This document shows, piece by piece, positions 18,511 through 27,897 of a DNA stretch of 64,000 nucleotides. Positions within the stretch are counted from its first letter, which is position 1, and each line of letters begins with the position of its first letter. The DNA is from a bacterium (lineage in GTDB: Bacteria > Electryoneota > Electryoneia > Electryoneales > Electryoneaceae). Both the position numbers and the translations under genes were made by a program. The DNA is taken from positions 3,232,001 to 3,296,000 of the forward strand of contig OY769902.1 in assembly GCA_963669175.1 (NCBI GenBank), read 5' to 3'. The notes under the pieces are model-generated. The model searched no databases and was not told where the DNA came from. It was given only the letters and a program-made list of their open reading frames with translations.

Positions 18511-20133
18511 ATGGCTCAAGACAGAGCATTACTCCTGTGTGCCGGTCCCATTAACTATTTGAGTCTTCCCATTGGGACAAATGTCTCCAACGCGATGATT
18601 CCTGTTGCGGGGAAACCGGTTATCGGCTGGATTCTGGATGACCTGCTTGAAAAAGGGATTCGAGAAGCAACCGTGGTGTTGCGTGCAGAGGACAAGAGGT
18701 TATCATCATTTCTTCATCGTACCTATGTAAAGCGCATGGATCTTTACATGGCGCCGATGGAAGAATCCAGTGGTATCATTCATTCGCTTCGCGCCGGTCT
18801 GGCAAGACGTCCCTCGAATGGATTGGTTCGGATCATTCTTGGTGATACCCTGATTCCGGAAAGTTATGATGATGAACGTGATTTTGTATACGTCCAGAAA
18901 GTACCCAATTCAAGCCGCTGGTGTGTTGTTGAAGTCAATGATAAAAACCAGATCGTTGAGTATTTCGACAAGAAAGACCTGGATGGTGGAGCTTTCCAGG
19001 CTTTGGTCGGGTACTATCATCTTCACGATCACCAGCTCCTGCAGATTTGTATAGAGCAGGCGCTTGCTGCCGGCGAGAGAGAGCTTTCCGCAGTGCTTCG
19101 CAGGTACTCGCAACAGCGTTCGATTCATGTGCGGACCGTGGATACATGGTTCGATTTCGGCAATATCGACAACCTGGTGGAGGCGCGTACCAAGCTGCTC
19201 CGTCCACGGCATTTTAATACCCTGCAGGTAAACACGCTTCTTCATACCATAGTCAAACTCAGTGATCATTCGAAAAAGCTGACAGATGAGCTGAACTGGT
19301 ATTTACAGTTGCCGGTCGATCTGAAGGTGGTTGCACCACGTATCCTGAAGCATAGCGATGATCCTGAAAAGATGTGGTTCATGCAGGAGTATTATGCCTA
19401 TCCCACGGTTGCCGAATTATACTTGTACAGTGATTTGTCCCGTGGTACCTGGAATTCACTCTTACGTCGGATTCTGCTTCTTCACAAAGAGTTTCTGAAG
19501 TATGAGCAAAAGGGCGAGGCAGACGACCTTCGGTCCATGTATGCAACAAAGACATGGGAAAGACTGGAGCAATTCAAGAAGCAACATCCGGACTGGCAAC
19601 TGGTTGCCAGGGATGTAATCAATGTGAACGGGAAAACGTATAATAACATTAATACATTGGTTGACCGAATCATTGCGAAAGTTGAACAACTGGCCAAGGA
19701 TAGCACCTTTACTGTTATTCATGGCGACTATTGTTTCTCCAATATTCTGCTTGACCTGGGTTCTCAGGTTATCAGGGTGATCGATCCGCGTGGCAGTTTC
19801 GGAAAGAAAGGGATCTATGGCGATCCTCGCTATGATATTGCCAAGCTGCGGCATAGTGTGGTTGGGATGTATGATTATATAACCTCTGATATGTATGACC
19901 TGGTAGAATCCGAAAATGGCTATTTCTACAACATTTACTTCAATGAGAAGCTGGAAGCGTGCAAGGATTCTTTCGATGAGATGGTTGCTGACCTTGGATA
20001 TGATATTGAAGAAATCAAGTTCATTGAAGGCCTGCTTTTCCTTAGCATGACTCCTTTGCACAAGGATTATCCTGAACGACAGAAGATGATGTACATACGA
20101 GGACTACAGTTGTTGAACGAGGTGTTAGGATGA
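18511..20133 (+). CDS. Nucleotidyltransferase-like plus APH/choline-kinase-like fusion (capsule biosynthesis, bcbEFG-type locus)
   Basis: N-terminal MIPVAGKPVI, LGDTLI and WFDFGN...RHFN; C-terminal HGDYCFSNIL, IDPRGSFG, GDPRYDIAKLRHS, LSMTPLH. Confidence 0.8.
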   Translation: MAQDRALLLCAGPINYLSLPIGTNVSNAMIPVAGKPVIGWILDDLLEKGIREATVVLRAEDKRLSSFLHRTYVKRMDLYMAPMEESSGIIHSLRAGLARRPSNGLVRIILGDTLIPESYDDERDFVYVQKVPNSSRWCVVEVNDKNQIVEYFDKKDLDGGAFQALVGYYHLHDHQLLQICIEQALAAGERELSAVLRRYSQQRSIHVRTVDTWFDFGNIDNLVEARTKLLRPRHFNTLQVNTLLHTIVKLSDHSKKLTDELNWYLQLPVDLKVVAPRILKHSDDPEKMWFMQEYYAYPTVAELYLYSDLSRGTWNSLLRRILLLHKEFLKYEQKGEADDLRSMYATKTWERLEQFKKQHPDWQLVARDVINVNGKTYNNINTLVDRIIAKVEQLAKDSTFTVIHGDYCFSNILLDLGSQVIRVIDPRGSFGKKGIYGDPRYDIAKLRHSVVGMYDYITSDMYDLVESENGYFYNIYFNEKLEACKDSFDEMVADLGYDIEEIKFIEGLLFLSMTPLHKDYPERQKMMYIRGLQLLNEVLG

Positions 20134-20492
20134 GGATCGTCATTGATCTCGATGGAGTTTTGTGCCCTATCAAACAACCTGGCCAGGAGTACGAGGATCT
20201 TGAACCTCTTCCCGGCGCTGTAGAAGGGCTGAGGAAGCTGCATCAGGATGGCAACTATATTATAATACAAACTGCGCGTCACATGGCAACTTGTGACAGC
20301 AATGTTGGCAAAGTGATGAAAAAACTGGGGATGAAAACCCTGCAATGGCTGGATGATCATGGTTTCGAGTATGATGAGATCTACTTCGGAAAACCCAACG
20401 CGGACATTTATATAGATGACCGTGGAGTTCGATTTACAGAGTGGGATGTTTTGTTGGAGATGAATCTTGAGGAGGTAGCAAAACCTCGATGA
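20130..20492 (+). CDS. Small HAD-superfamily phosphatase (EcbF/BcbF-like)
   Basis: IDLDGVL, QTARHM, YDEIYFGKP, YIDDRG. Confidence 0.85.
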   Translation: MRIVIDLDGVLCPIKQPGQEYEDLEPLPGAVEGLRKLHQDGNYIIIQTARHMATCDSNVGKVMKKLGMKTLQWLDDHGFEYDEIYFGKPNADIYIDDRGVRFTEWDVLLEMNLEEVAKPR

Positions 20493-21211
20493 TCACGATA
20501 GTCCCAATGGCCGGACGCGGCTCCCGTTTCAGCGATAAGGGCATCGATATTCCCAAACCGTTAATCAGCGTTTCGGGAAAACCCATGCTGCAATGGGCGC
20601 TGAAGAGCATTGAAAATGTACCGCACAGAATGATTGTTTTTGTGGCTTTACGTGAGCATGAAGAAGCCTTTGGCATCAGTAAACTCCTTCCCGGGATTAC
20701 CGATACACCCCACGCACTGGTTCTACTGGATGAAGTAACCGAGGGACAGCTCTGTACTGTTCTAACCGCGCGGGAGTATATGGTGCCGGGGGAGGGTATC
20801 CTGGTCTCGAACTGTGACACTTATACAGTTTCATCCATCGGGCAGGATATAAAACAGGCAGCTGGAGATGTACGTGGTTTGATCAGCGTGGCGGATCTGC
20901 CCGGAGATCGTTGGAGTTTTGCGAAGGCTGATGTAGCGGGGAGAGTCATTCAGGTAGCTGAGAAAGACCGGATTGCCGACCACGCCAGCACGGGATTGTA
21001 TTACTTTTCGGAGACAGACGAGTTTTTAGCTTACGCTGACAGAATGATTCGACTTCAGCAAAGAACCAAGGGTGAGTACTATGTAATGCCGCTTTATTCT
21101 TTTTACCTTGAAGATGGTAAAGAGATACGTTTGAGTCATGCTGAAAAGATGTGGGATTTCGGCACACCGGAAGCACTGGCGGAATTCCTTGCATCACAAC
21201 CTTCAGCATAG
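20489..21211 (+). CDS. Sugar-phosphate nucleotidyltransferase (bcbEFG-type locus)
   Basis: PMAGRGSRF...PKPLI, TEGQLCTV, NCD, WSFAK, AEKDRI, GEYYV, DFGTPE. Confidence 0.85.
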   Translation: MITIVPMAGRGSRFSDKGIDIPKPLISVSGKPMLQWALKSIENVPHRMIVFVALREHEEAFGISKLLPGITDTPHALVLLDEVTEGQLCTVLTAREYMVPGEGILVSNCDTYTVSSIGQDIKQAAGDVRGLISVADLPGDRWSFAKADVAGRVIQVAEKDRIADHASTGLYYFSETDEFLAYADRMIRLQQRTKGEYYVMPLYSFYLEDGKEIRLSHAEKMWDFGTPEALAEFLASQPSA

Positions 21212-21250
21212 CTGCATTTACACTTTTCAAACAACAGGTAGAGCAGAAGC

Positions 21251-22342
21251 ATGATAAAGTTTTCCATTTGCATACCGAACTTCAATTACGGCGATTACAT
21301 AGAGATGTCCATTCGTAGTGCATTGGATCAGACATATCCTCCGCACGAGGTGATTGTTGTCGATAATGCATCCACGGACAATTCATGGGAAGTTATCAAC
21401 TCTATAAAGTCGGACAGGTTGAAGGTCTTTCGTAACAACCTGAATGTCGGCTTTGCACCCAACCTGCAAAAGGCATCTGAGAAAGCCACGGGTGATTATA
21501 TTATTCTTCTTTCTTCCGACGATCTCATGCTGCCACATGCGTTGGAAGCATATGCGAAAGTACTGGAAGAGCAGGGCGATGAGAAGTTTAATACAGTAGT
21601 CTATGGCACAAATAATCTAATTGATAAAGAAGAGAATTGGATTGGCGTTGTCTACAAGAAGAAGTATGATTTAATCCTTTCCAACCTGAAATTGAAAGAA
21701 TACAGGTCATATTACCAAAAAGGTCTTGTTGAAGAGCTTTCAGCTAACGAGATTCTTAAAAAATCGCTCGAACTCCTGAAAAACCCATTCCCATTCCAGA
21801 CCACCTGTTACCCCAGGAAACTCTGGGAAAAGGTGGAAGGCTATGCAACGGGATACTACTTCTTCCCGGACTATGCTTTCGTCTTGAAGCTACTAGCCGC
21901 TAACCCCAGGATTAAATACTGTCATGACAGCCATTTTGCCTATCGTAAGCATGGAGGTGGACAGGAAGCGCAGAATAAATCATTCAAAGCCCTGAAGCAG
22001 CAGGTTGATGGGTATCTCCTGACATTGAATCTTCCAGAGGATGTGTTAAAGCAGGCGGGGGTAACACGAGAAACGATTATCAAACGATTCTTTTACCGCG
22101 ATATCGCTTTCAATGGCGCGTTGGAAATCGCAAACAATTCATGGATGCGGGCGTTTCGAATTTTCCTCTTCGGTTGGGCTACCTATCCAAAGTTTGCGCT
22201 GAAATACCCGAACATGTACCTCCTTGGGATTTTGCTGGCATTGGGACCGGTAGGAAAGTCGCTGGTCAGGTTCGCCCAGAGATACAAGTATCATATGCGG
22301 AAGGTAAACCTTCGCAAGTTCAAATCAGGAAAGCGCGGTTGA
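21251..22342 (+). CDS. Glycosyltransferase family 2
   Basis: SICIPNFNY, IVVDNASTD, NVGFAPN, LSSDD; visibly more AT-rich than its neighbours. Confidence 0.88.
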   Translation: MIKFSICIPNFNYGDYIEMSIRSALDQTYPPHEVIVVDNASTDNSWEVINSIKSDRLKVFRNNLNVGFAPNLQKASEKATGDYIILLSSDDLMLPHALEAYAKVLEEQGDEKFNTVVYGTNNLIDKEENWIGVVYKKKYDLILSNLKLKEYRSYYQKGLVEELSANEILKKSLELLKNPFPFQTTCYPRKLWEKVEGYATGYYFFPDYAFVLKLLAANPRIKYCHDSHFAYRKHGGGQEAQNKSFKALKQQVDGYLLTLNLPEDVLKQAGVTRETIIKRFFYRDIAFNGALEIANNSWMRAFRIFLFGWATYPKFALKYPNMYLLGILLALGPVGKSLVRFAQRYKYHMRKVNLRKFKSGKRG

Positions 22343-23215
22343 GAGGAAATCACGCGCGTTTTCGATTTCGGACTCAATATCTTCAGCGAACTTGCTCATG
22401 TCCATGGTGCTGAGTGATGGTTTCTTCATTGACAGGATTTGCCAGGCTTCTGTTTCCGTAATCTGTTCATGAACGACATCGCCGCCAAAGCCAACACCGG
22501 CAGCTTTGCAAAGGTTATCGGCAAGTGTAACCAATGCAACATCCACTATGTAGTTGGCAGGCGCTGCTGATACATTATGGTGAAATTCGATCGTTGCGCT
22601 TAGAGAGTCCGGCAATCCCCAATTCTTCACCAGTTCCGACCCAACTTCCGTGTGATCAATACCGAGCAACTGCATCTCGATTTCGTGAGTGTGTTTGCCA
22701 ACCTTTGCAGCAACATTGAGGCATTCCACATAATCATCCAGGGTGGACTGGAACATGACAATTTTGCCGATGTCATGTAGCAGACCCGCGGTGAAGACGC
22801 TGCTTTCTTCACGAAAACCCAATCTGCGCGCGAGAAGCTTGGCAATTTCACCTACTCCTGCGCTGTGCAGCCAGAATTGCTGGTAATCAAAATTTGCTGA
22901 AAGACTGCTCGAAGGAAAAGCATTAAATACTGAAATCGCTGTCACAAGGCTGTTTATTTCACGCATTCCCAGGATCACGAGCGCCATATTCAGGGATTCA
23001 ATCCGCCTGCGCATTCCGTAGAAAGCGGAATTCGCAACCTTGAGGATCTTCGATGTCAGCGAAGCATCATTCCGAATGATGCCAACAACATCTGCAACAT
23101 TGCTGCCTGGATCGTTTACGAGTTGTGAGACGCGCAACGCAATGTCCGGCAATGTGGGTAAATCTTCTGCTTCCTGAAGACGCTGCCGGATTTTGTCGGC
23201 TTGCGTTTGTGACAT
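22325..23215 (-). CDS. HDOD domain protein
   Basis: LPTLPDIA, KILKVANSAFYG, FWLHS, AGLLHDIGK, DHTEVG...WGLP...IEFHH. Confidence 0.92.
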   Translation of the reverse strand: MSQTQADKIRQRLQEAEDLPTLPDIALRVSQLVNDPGSNVADVVGIIRNDASLTSKILKVANSAFYGMRRRIESLNMALVILGMREINSLVTAISVFNAFPSSSLSANFDYQQFWLHSAGVGEIAKLLARRLGFREESSVFTAGLLHDIGKIVMFQSTLDDYVECLNVAAKVGKHTHEIEMQLLGIDHTEVGSELVKNWGLPDSLSATIEFHHNVSAAPANYIVDVALVTLADNLCKAAGVGFGGDVVHEQITETEAWQILSMKKPSLSTMDMSKFAEDIESEIENARDFLSTALS

Positions 23216-23323
23216 CTTCCGCCTCCCCCGGTGAGGTTGCCGAATTTCTTTTACGGCATCGCTACTTAAAGGTAAGTTGTAATTGGCAATTCAGAAAGCT
23301 CATTTGCTTCCACTCCTAAAAAA

Positions 23324-24697
23324 TCAGTTCCCTTTGGGAATGTCTTCTCCCTGTTCACGGTATTCGTTCAGTTTATTCCTGAGTGTACGAATGGAGATCC
23401 CCAGCCGCTTCGCAGCCTTTGTCCGGTTAAAGTCAAGCTCATTCAGTGTTTTCATGATATGCTGTTTTTCAACTTCATGCAGAGGCAACTGTCCGAAACC
23501 GGCATGCTGACTGGTCGCATGAAGGTCGCGTGGCTCCAATTGAACATCCTCTTTATGAACCCAGAGATCCTTGGCAAGGACAACAGCACGTTCAACACGG
23601 TTTTCCAACTCGCGTACGTTCCCCGGCCAGGGTTGCGCCTTCATGTAATCGATGGCTTCATCATCTACGCCTTCAAATTCTCTGCCATAACGAGCGCCAT
23701 ACTTGTAAATGAAATGCTCAACCAATGCCGGCACATCATCCGGGCGTTCGGCTAGTGGGGGCAGATGAATCGGAACAACATTTAAACGGAAGTATAAGTC
23801 TTCACGGAAGTTGCCCTCCTTTACTTCTTCAGCCAGGTTGCGGTTGGTGGTCGCAATAACACGCACATCAACCCGGATAGTATCATTTGATCCGACACGT
23901 TCAAACTCACGTTCCTGCAGGACACGGAGTAACTTCGCCTGGAGTGGCAGCGGCATTTCGCTGATTTCATCCAGCAGAATGGTGCCGCCATCAGCCGCCT
24001 CAAATTTCCCTTTTCGTGTTTTTATCGCCCCGGTAAAAGCGCCTTTTTCATGGCCGAAAAGCTCGCTTTCAACAAGGCCTTCAGGTAGAGCTGCGCAGTT
24101 CATTTTAATGAATGGTTTGTTCTTCCTTGGGCTGGACCAGTGAAGCGCCCTGGCAACCAGTTCTTTACCGGTTCCCGACCCACCACTGACGAGAACGTCA
24201 ACCGGTTGCGCCGCAACAACATTGAGAGTATCCAATATTCGGTGAAGCGATCTGCTTTCACCGACAATTGCCTTTAATCCCTGTTCCTGGTCAACCTGGG
24301 TTCGAAGGATTTTGTTCTCGTTGATCAGGTTGGTGCGTTCAATTGCACGAGCTGCTGTAAGTTTAAGTAATTTATTGTCAACAGGTTTTGTCAGGTAATA
24401 ATAAGCGCCTTTCTGCATGGCCTCAACTGCATTGGCAATGGTGCCGAAGGCTGTGAGCAGAATAAATGGCGTTTCCGGGCACTTCTTTTGAACATGATCA
24501 AGGATTTCCATTCCTGATAGATCAGGCAGTTTGAGGTCACTGAGGATCAGATCAAATCGTTCGTTGTTCAAAAACTCAATGGCTTTGGCGCCGTTTGATG
24601 CCTGCCTGGTTGTGTAGCCCATGCGTTGCATGGCAAGAGACAGGTAATCAAGCACCAGCGCTTCATCATCAACAACGAGGACGTTTACTTTACTCAT
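23324..24697 (-). CDS. Sigma-54-dependent response regulator (NtrC/AtoC/FlgR-like: REC-AAA+-Fis HTH)
   Basis: VVDDE receiver, GGSGTGKEL, GAFTGA, LLDEISE, FREDLYFRLNV, WPGNVREL, LGISIRTLRNKL. Confidence 0.93.
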   Translation of the reverse strand: MSKVNVLVVDDEALVLDYLSLAMQRMGYTTRQASNGAKAIEFLNNERFDLILSDLKLPDLSGMEILDHVQKKCPETPFILLTAFGTIANAVEAMQKGAYYYLTKPVDNKLLKLTAARAIERTNLINENKILRTQVDQEQGLKAIVGESRSLHRILDTLNVVAAQPVDVLVSGGSGTGKELVARALHWSSPRKNKPFIKMNCAALPEGLVESELFGHEKGAFTGAIKTRKGKFEAADGGTILLDEISEMPLPLQAKLLRVLQEREFERVGSNDTIRVDVRVIATTNRNLAEEVKEGNFREDLYFRLNVVPIHLPPLAERPDDVPALVEHFIYKYGARYGREFEGVDDEAIDYMKAQPWPGNVRELENRVERAVVLAKDLWVHKEDVQLEPRDLHATSQHAGFGQLPLHEVEKQHIMKTLNELDFNRTKAAKRLGISIRTLRNKLNEYREQGEDIPKGN

Positions 24698-25923
24698 GCT
24701 ATTCTCGCAATAGGAAGTATCAGTTCAAATGTGCTGCCCTTTCCCGGGATGGAATCAACCAGTATTTCTCCCTGGTGGGCATCAATGATCTTTTTAACCA
24801 TGGACAGACCCAGGCCTGTTCCAGTGGTTCGGGTCGTAAAAAATGGGTAGAATATCTTTCCCAGGTTCTCTGGCTTAATTCCTTTTCCTGTATCTTTCAC
24901 CCGGCAACGAACCCTGTTTTTCAGCAAATTCCAGTGCAGTTCAACAGTTATCGTTCCGGGATCATCAATAGCATGCATGGCATTCTTCAGCAGGTTTAAT
25001 ACTGCCTGTTTGAGAAGATGTGTATCACAGGATACAGGAATATTTTCTTCCGGGAACTTCCGGATAACCGTGATGTCACGTTTGCTTGCGTCTATTTCCG
25101 ACTGGATGAGATCGAGTTCCATGTTGATAATGTTAAGAATATCCGTCTTGTCCATCTCCGGCGAAATTGGCGAGGTGAATTCAAGTAGTGTTCTTGCGAT
25201 ACGATCAATATCCTGAACCCCGATGATAATTTTTTCAATTGTTACACGGTTTGGATCATCTTCACCAATATCTTCCAGCAGGAATTGTGCAAATCCCTGG
25301 ACACCAGCCAGCGGATTTCTGAGTTCATGAGCCACCTGTGCCGCCATTTCTCCAAGCGATGCAAGATTGGCATTTTGTTCCATCTTCTTCTGAACCTTGC
25401 GCAGGTCGCGAAGATCCTCGAAGACTTCCATAACTGCGATACGGTCGCCATTCTCTTCAAACACCCATGATGTCGAGAATCGAACAGGATACGAGGTATC
25501 GTTTGCCAGTATCAGTTCTTTCTCATGCTGCTCGATAATAGACCCATTTTCAAGAGTAAACAGGGCTGACATGGGTTCAGTCACGGCAATGGGAAAGACT
25601 TCCTGGTATTGTTTGCCAATGACATCAATAGATGATAATCCCGTGATATTTTCAGCATAAGTGTTAAAAAGTGAAATGATGCCGTCCAGGTTGATTACAA
25701 TAATCCCGACCGGCGCTTGCGCCAGGATGGAGGAGAGGAAACTTTCTGTTCGCTGCAACAGGCGTGCCTGATCATCGAGTTGACTCGTAAGGTTACCTAT
25801 TCGTTGTTCGAGCACCCTGTAAGACTCGACAAACGAATGAGAAGCTTGCGAGAATCCCTCGAAAACCTGAACCAGTTCGAACAACTGTTTGTCGTTCAAA
25901 TTCAGTTCACCAGATCGCTGCAA
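24694..25923 (-). CDS. Cytoplasmic PAS-domain histidine kinase (FlgS/FleS-like)
   Basis: N-terminal coiled coil, PAS, LGEMAAQVAHELRNPL, NLLKNA, DTGKGI, FFTTRTTGTGLGL; TTG start with GAGG RBS. Confidence 0.88.
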   Translation of the reverse strand: MQRSGELNLNDKQLFELVQVFEGFSQASHSFVESYRVLEQRIGNLTSQLDDQARLLQRTESFLSSILAQAPVGIIVINLDGIISLFNTYAENITGLSSIDVIGKQYQEVFPIAVTEPMSALFTLENGSIIEQHEKELILANDTSYPVRFSTSWVFEENGDRIAVMEVFEDLRDLRKVQKKMEQNANLASLGEMAAQVAHELRNPLAGVQGFAQFLLEDIGEDDPNRVTIEKIIIGVQDIDRIARTLLEFTSPISPEMDKTDILNIINMELDLIQSEIDASKRDITVIRKFPEENIPVSCDTHLLKQAVLNLLKNAMHAIDDPGTITVELHWNLLKNRVRCRVKDTGKGIKPENLGKIFYPFFTTRTTGTGLGLSMVKKIIDAHQGEILVDSIPGKGSTFELILPIARIA

Positions 25924-25945
25924 TGACGCCTCATAACAATAAAAG

Positions 25946-25963
25946 TTGCGTGTGTTTTGCCAA
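25946..25963 (-). promoter_or_regulatory. Possible sigma-54 (-24/-12) promoter
   Basis: Minus strand TTGGCAAAACACACGCAA has GG-N10-GC spacing ~25 bp before the kinase start; the -12 element (ACGC) is imperfect. Confidence 0.35.
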
Positions 25964-25967
25964 TTAC

Positions 25968-27485
25968 CTATTCAAAATCACTGAAAATATATGCTCTGAA
26001 GGCAAACAGGCTGGTTTCCGGATTCATCCAGCAATCGCGTTTCAGGCCAGCCTTGAGGCATGTATTTTCGAGAAATGTTTCCCTGTCCCATCCACGTTCA
26101 GTAGCAACCTGTGGCAGAAGCAAACCGCGGTTCATACCATTGATCAGGTATAATCCATGAATACCGGGAGTTACATTTTCGGCTTCTATGGATTCCAGTG
26201 GAGTCAGCAGGCTTACTTCAATCGTAATCTGGTTCAGTTCATCCCTGGATATGGGGGGAAAACGTGGATCGCGCATCGCAGCCGCTTGCGCTGCTTCACG
26301 CAATGTGACCAACAGGGGTTTATCAACTTCAATAAATCCAATACATCCACGCAGTTGGCCGGATTTTTTCAAAGTAACAAAACAGCCACATTTCTGGCGT
26401 AAAATCGGATCTTCAGATTTTACCGGCGGCGCCTGCTCGCCCAGAATGGCGTTGCGGATGGATACGCGTGTTACACGTAAAAGCAACTGTTTCTGCGCTT
26501 CGGAAATGGTTTCAAAATCAAACGTAGCGTACTGTGCCGAAGGATCGGGTTTACCAGCAATGTCCCCAGATCCAGTGTCCTCTTCACTCGTTGTTGAATC
26601 TTCTTCCTTTTTCTCCACCGGTTTGATATCTGCTTTCGAAAAGGAAGCGGCCAGATAGCCGACCACACGAGAAAAGTCTCGATATGGTGAATCGGCAGAG
26701 GTTGTCCATTTGATCACCTGCGAATGATTTGCCCCCATCTTCTTCGTGGCAACCATTGTGGTTAAGACCGGACCTGCGCCACAAGCCATTGTTTTGTGTT
26801 CCAGAAGCATCTGGTACAGTTGCTCCGGGTCAAAGTGATCGACTTCCCTGATAAAAACACGGTCGAGATGTTTAGCGTCACGAAAACTGAAATAGTGGCT
26901 GAGGTCAGTTGACGCTACAAGGACAGCGCGCTTGCCTGCGACAGCTTCTGTAATTGCGGTTGCAAGCCTTTCTGCGAATTCAAGCGAATGATTGCCCATC
27001 ACGATAGGAACAATTGGCGTGTCAGGTTGGACGATCTGGAGAAAGGGGATTTGCACTTCGATACTGTGTTCGTCATGCAGTCCATCAAGCGCATGCCCAC
27101 GTGAAGACGCCCTGATATCCTCGTCTCGCGCAGAGATGGCAGACGCAACTTCTGAATCAATACGAACGACCCCCAGAGGAGTGGAATAACTGCCTTCAGT
27201 CAACACCGATGCAAAAGAAATCCCTTCTTTATGCACCGGTCCCAGCACAATAATGACATCGACTTCCACACCATCAAGAGCCTTCCATGCTTTTGCCGCA
27301 GTCGAACCACTGAAAACATAGCCAGCGTGAGGACTGATTATCCCAAGAACTTCACCTTCAATCTCGGTTTTAGCCCGGCGCAGTCGACTCTCTATCCAGG
27401 CACGCAGCTCTTCTGGATCATCAGGGTAGAACTGCCCTGCAAAAGCCGGTTTTCGATCGAGAGCGACACTCATGGTTGTCTCCAA
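25968..27485 (-). CDS. amrB: AmmeMemoRadiSam protein B (MEMO1-like) fused to protein A (AMMECR1-like)
   Basis: RKPAFAGQFYP, SPHAGYVFSG, EHSIEVQIPFLQ, STDLSHY and ACG; then GCFVTL, LRGCIG, DPRFPP, GLLLPQV, CLKAG. Confidence 0.9.
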   Translation of the reverse strand: METTMSVALDRKPAFAGQFYPDDPEELRAWIESRLRRAKTEIEGEVLGIISPHAGYVFSGSTAAKAWKALDGVEVDVIIVLGPVHKEGISFASVLTEGSYSTPLGVVRIDSEVASAISARDEDIRASSRGHALDGLHDEHSIEVQIPFLQIVQPDTPIVPIVMGNHSLEFAERLATAITEAVAGKRAVLVASTDLSHYFSFRDAKHLDRVFIREVDHFDPEQLYQMLLEHKTMACGAGPVLTTMVATKKMGANHSQVIKWTTSADSPYRDFSRVVGYLAASFSKADIKPVEKKEEDSTTSEEDTGSGDIAGKPDPSAQYATFDFETISEAQKQLLLRVTRVSIRNAILGEQAPPVKSEDPILRQKCGCFVTLKKSGQLRGCIGFIEVDKPLLVTLREAAQAAAMRDPRFPPISRDELNQITIEVSLLTPLESIEAENVTPGIHGLYLINGMNRGLLLPQVATERGWDRETFLENTCLKAGLKRDCWMNPETSLFAFRAYIFSDFE

Positions 27486-27897
27486 AGTTGCATCTACATG
27501 TTCTCTGTATCACTGATCACAAACCTACATTTTAAATTACAATAAATTAAGGCATGAAACGAGAAAAATAAGAAATTCGAAACAAGATATTCAAAAAACT
27601 GAATATAATGCAAACCACTAATCCTTCGGCGAGGTACTCCAGGACAATCAGTATGTTGCACCTTTCACCTAAGCGCCATTCAAAATAATACTGTAGAGGC
27701 TAATTGTGAAAATGAATTTAAAAAATAACAAATACATAAAGTGAAACAATGTGGAAGAAAAGAGTATTTTGCACCTTTCATTCACATAGGAGAAGTCGTA
27801 ACTTATTTTGTTGGTTTGCTATCCTTGTTGGGTAAGGAGTTTACGGTTCCTGCTCTTAAAACCGTACCCCTTATTTTGTTTGCTGAAAGGAAGACAC

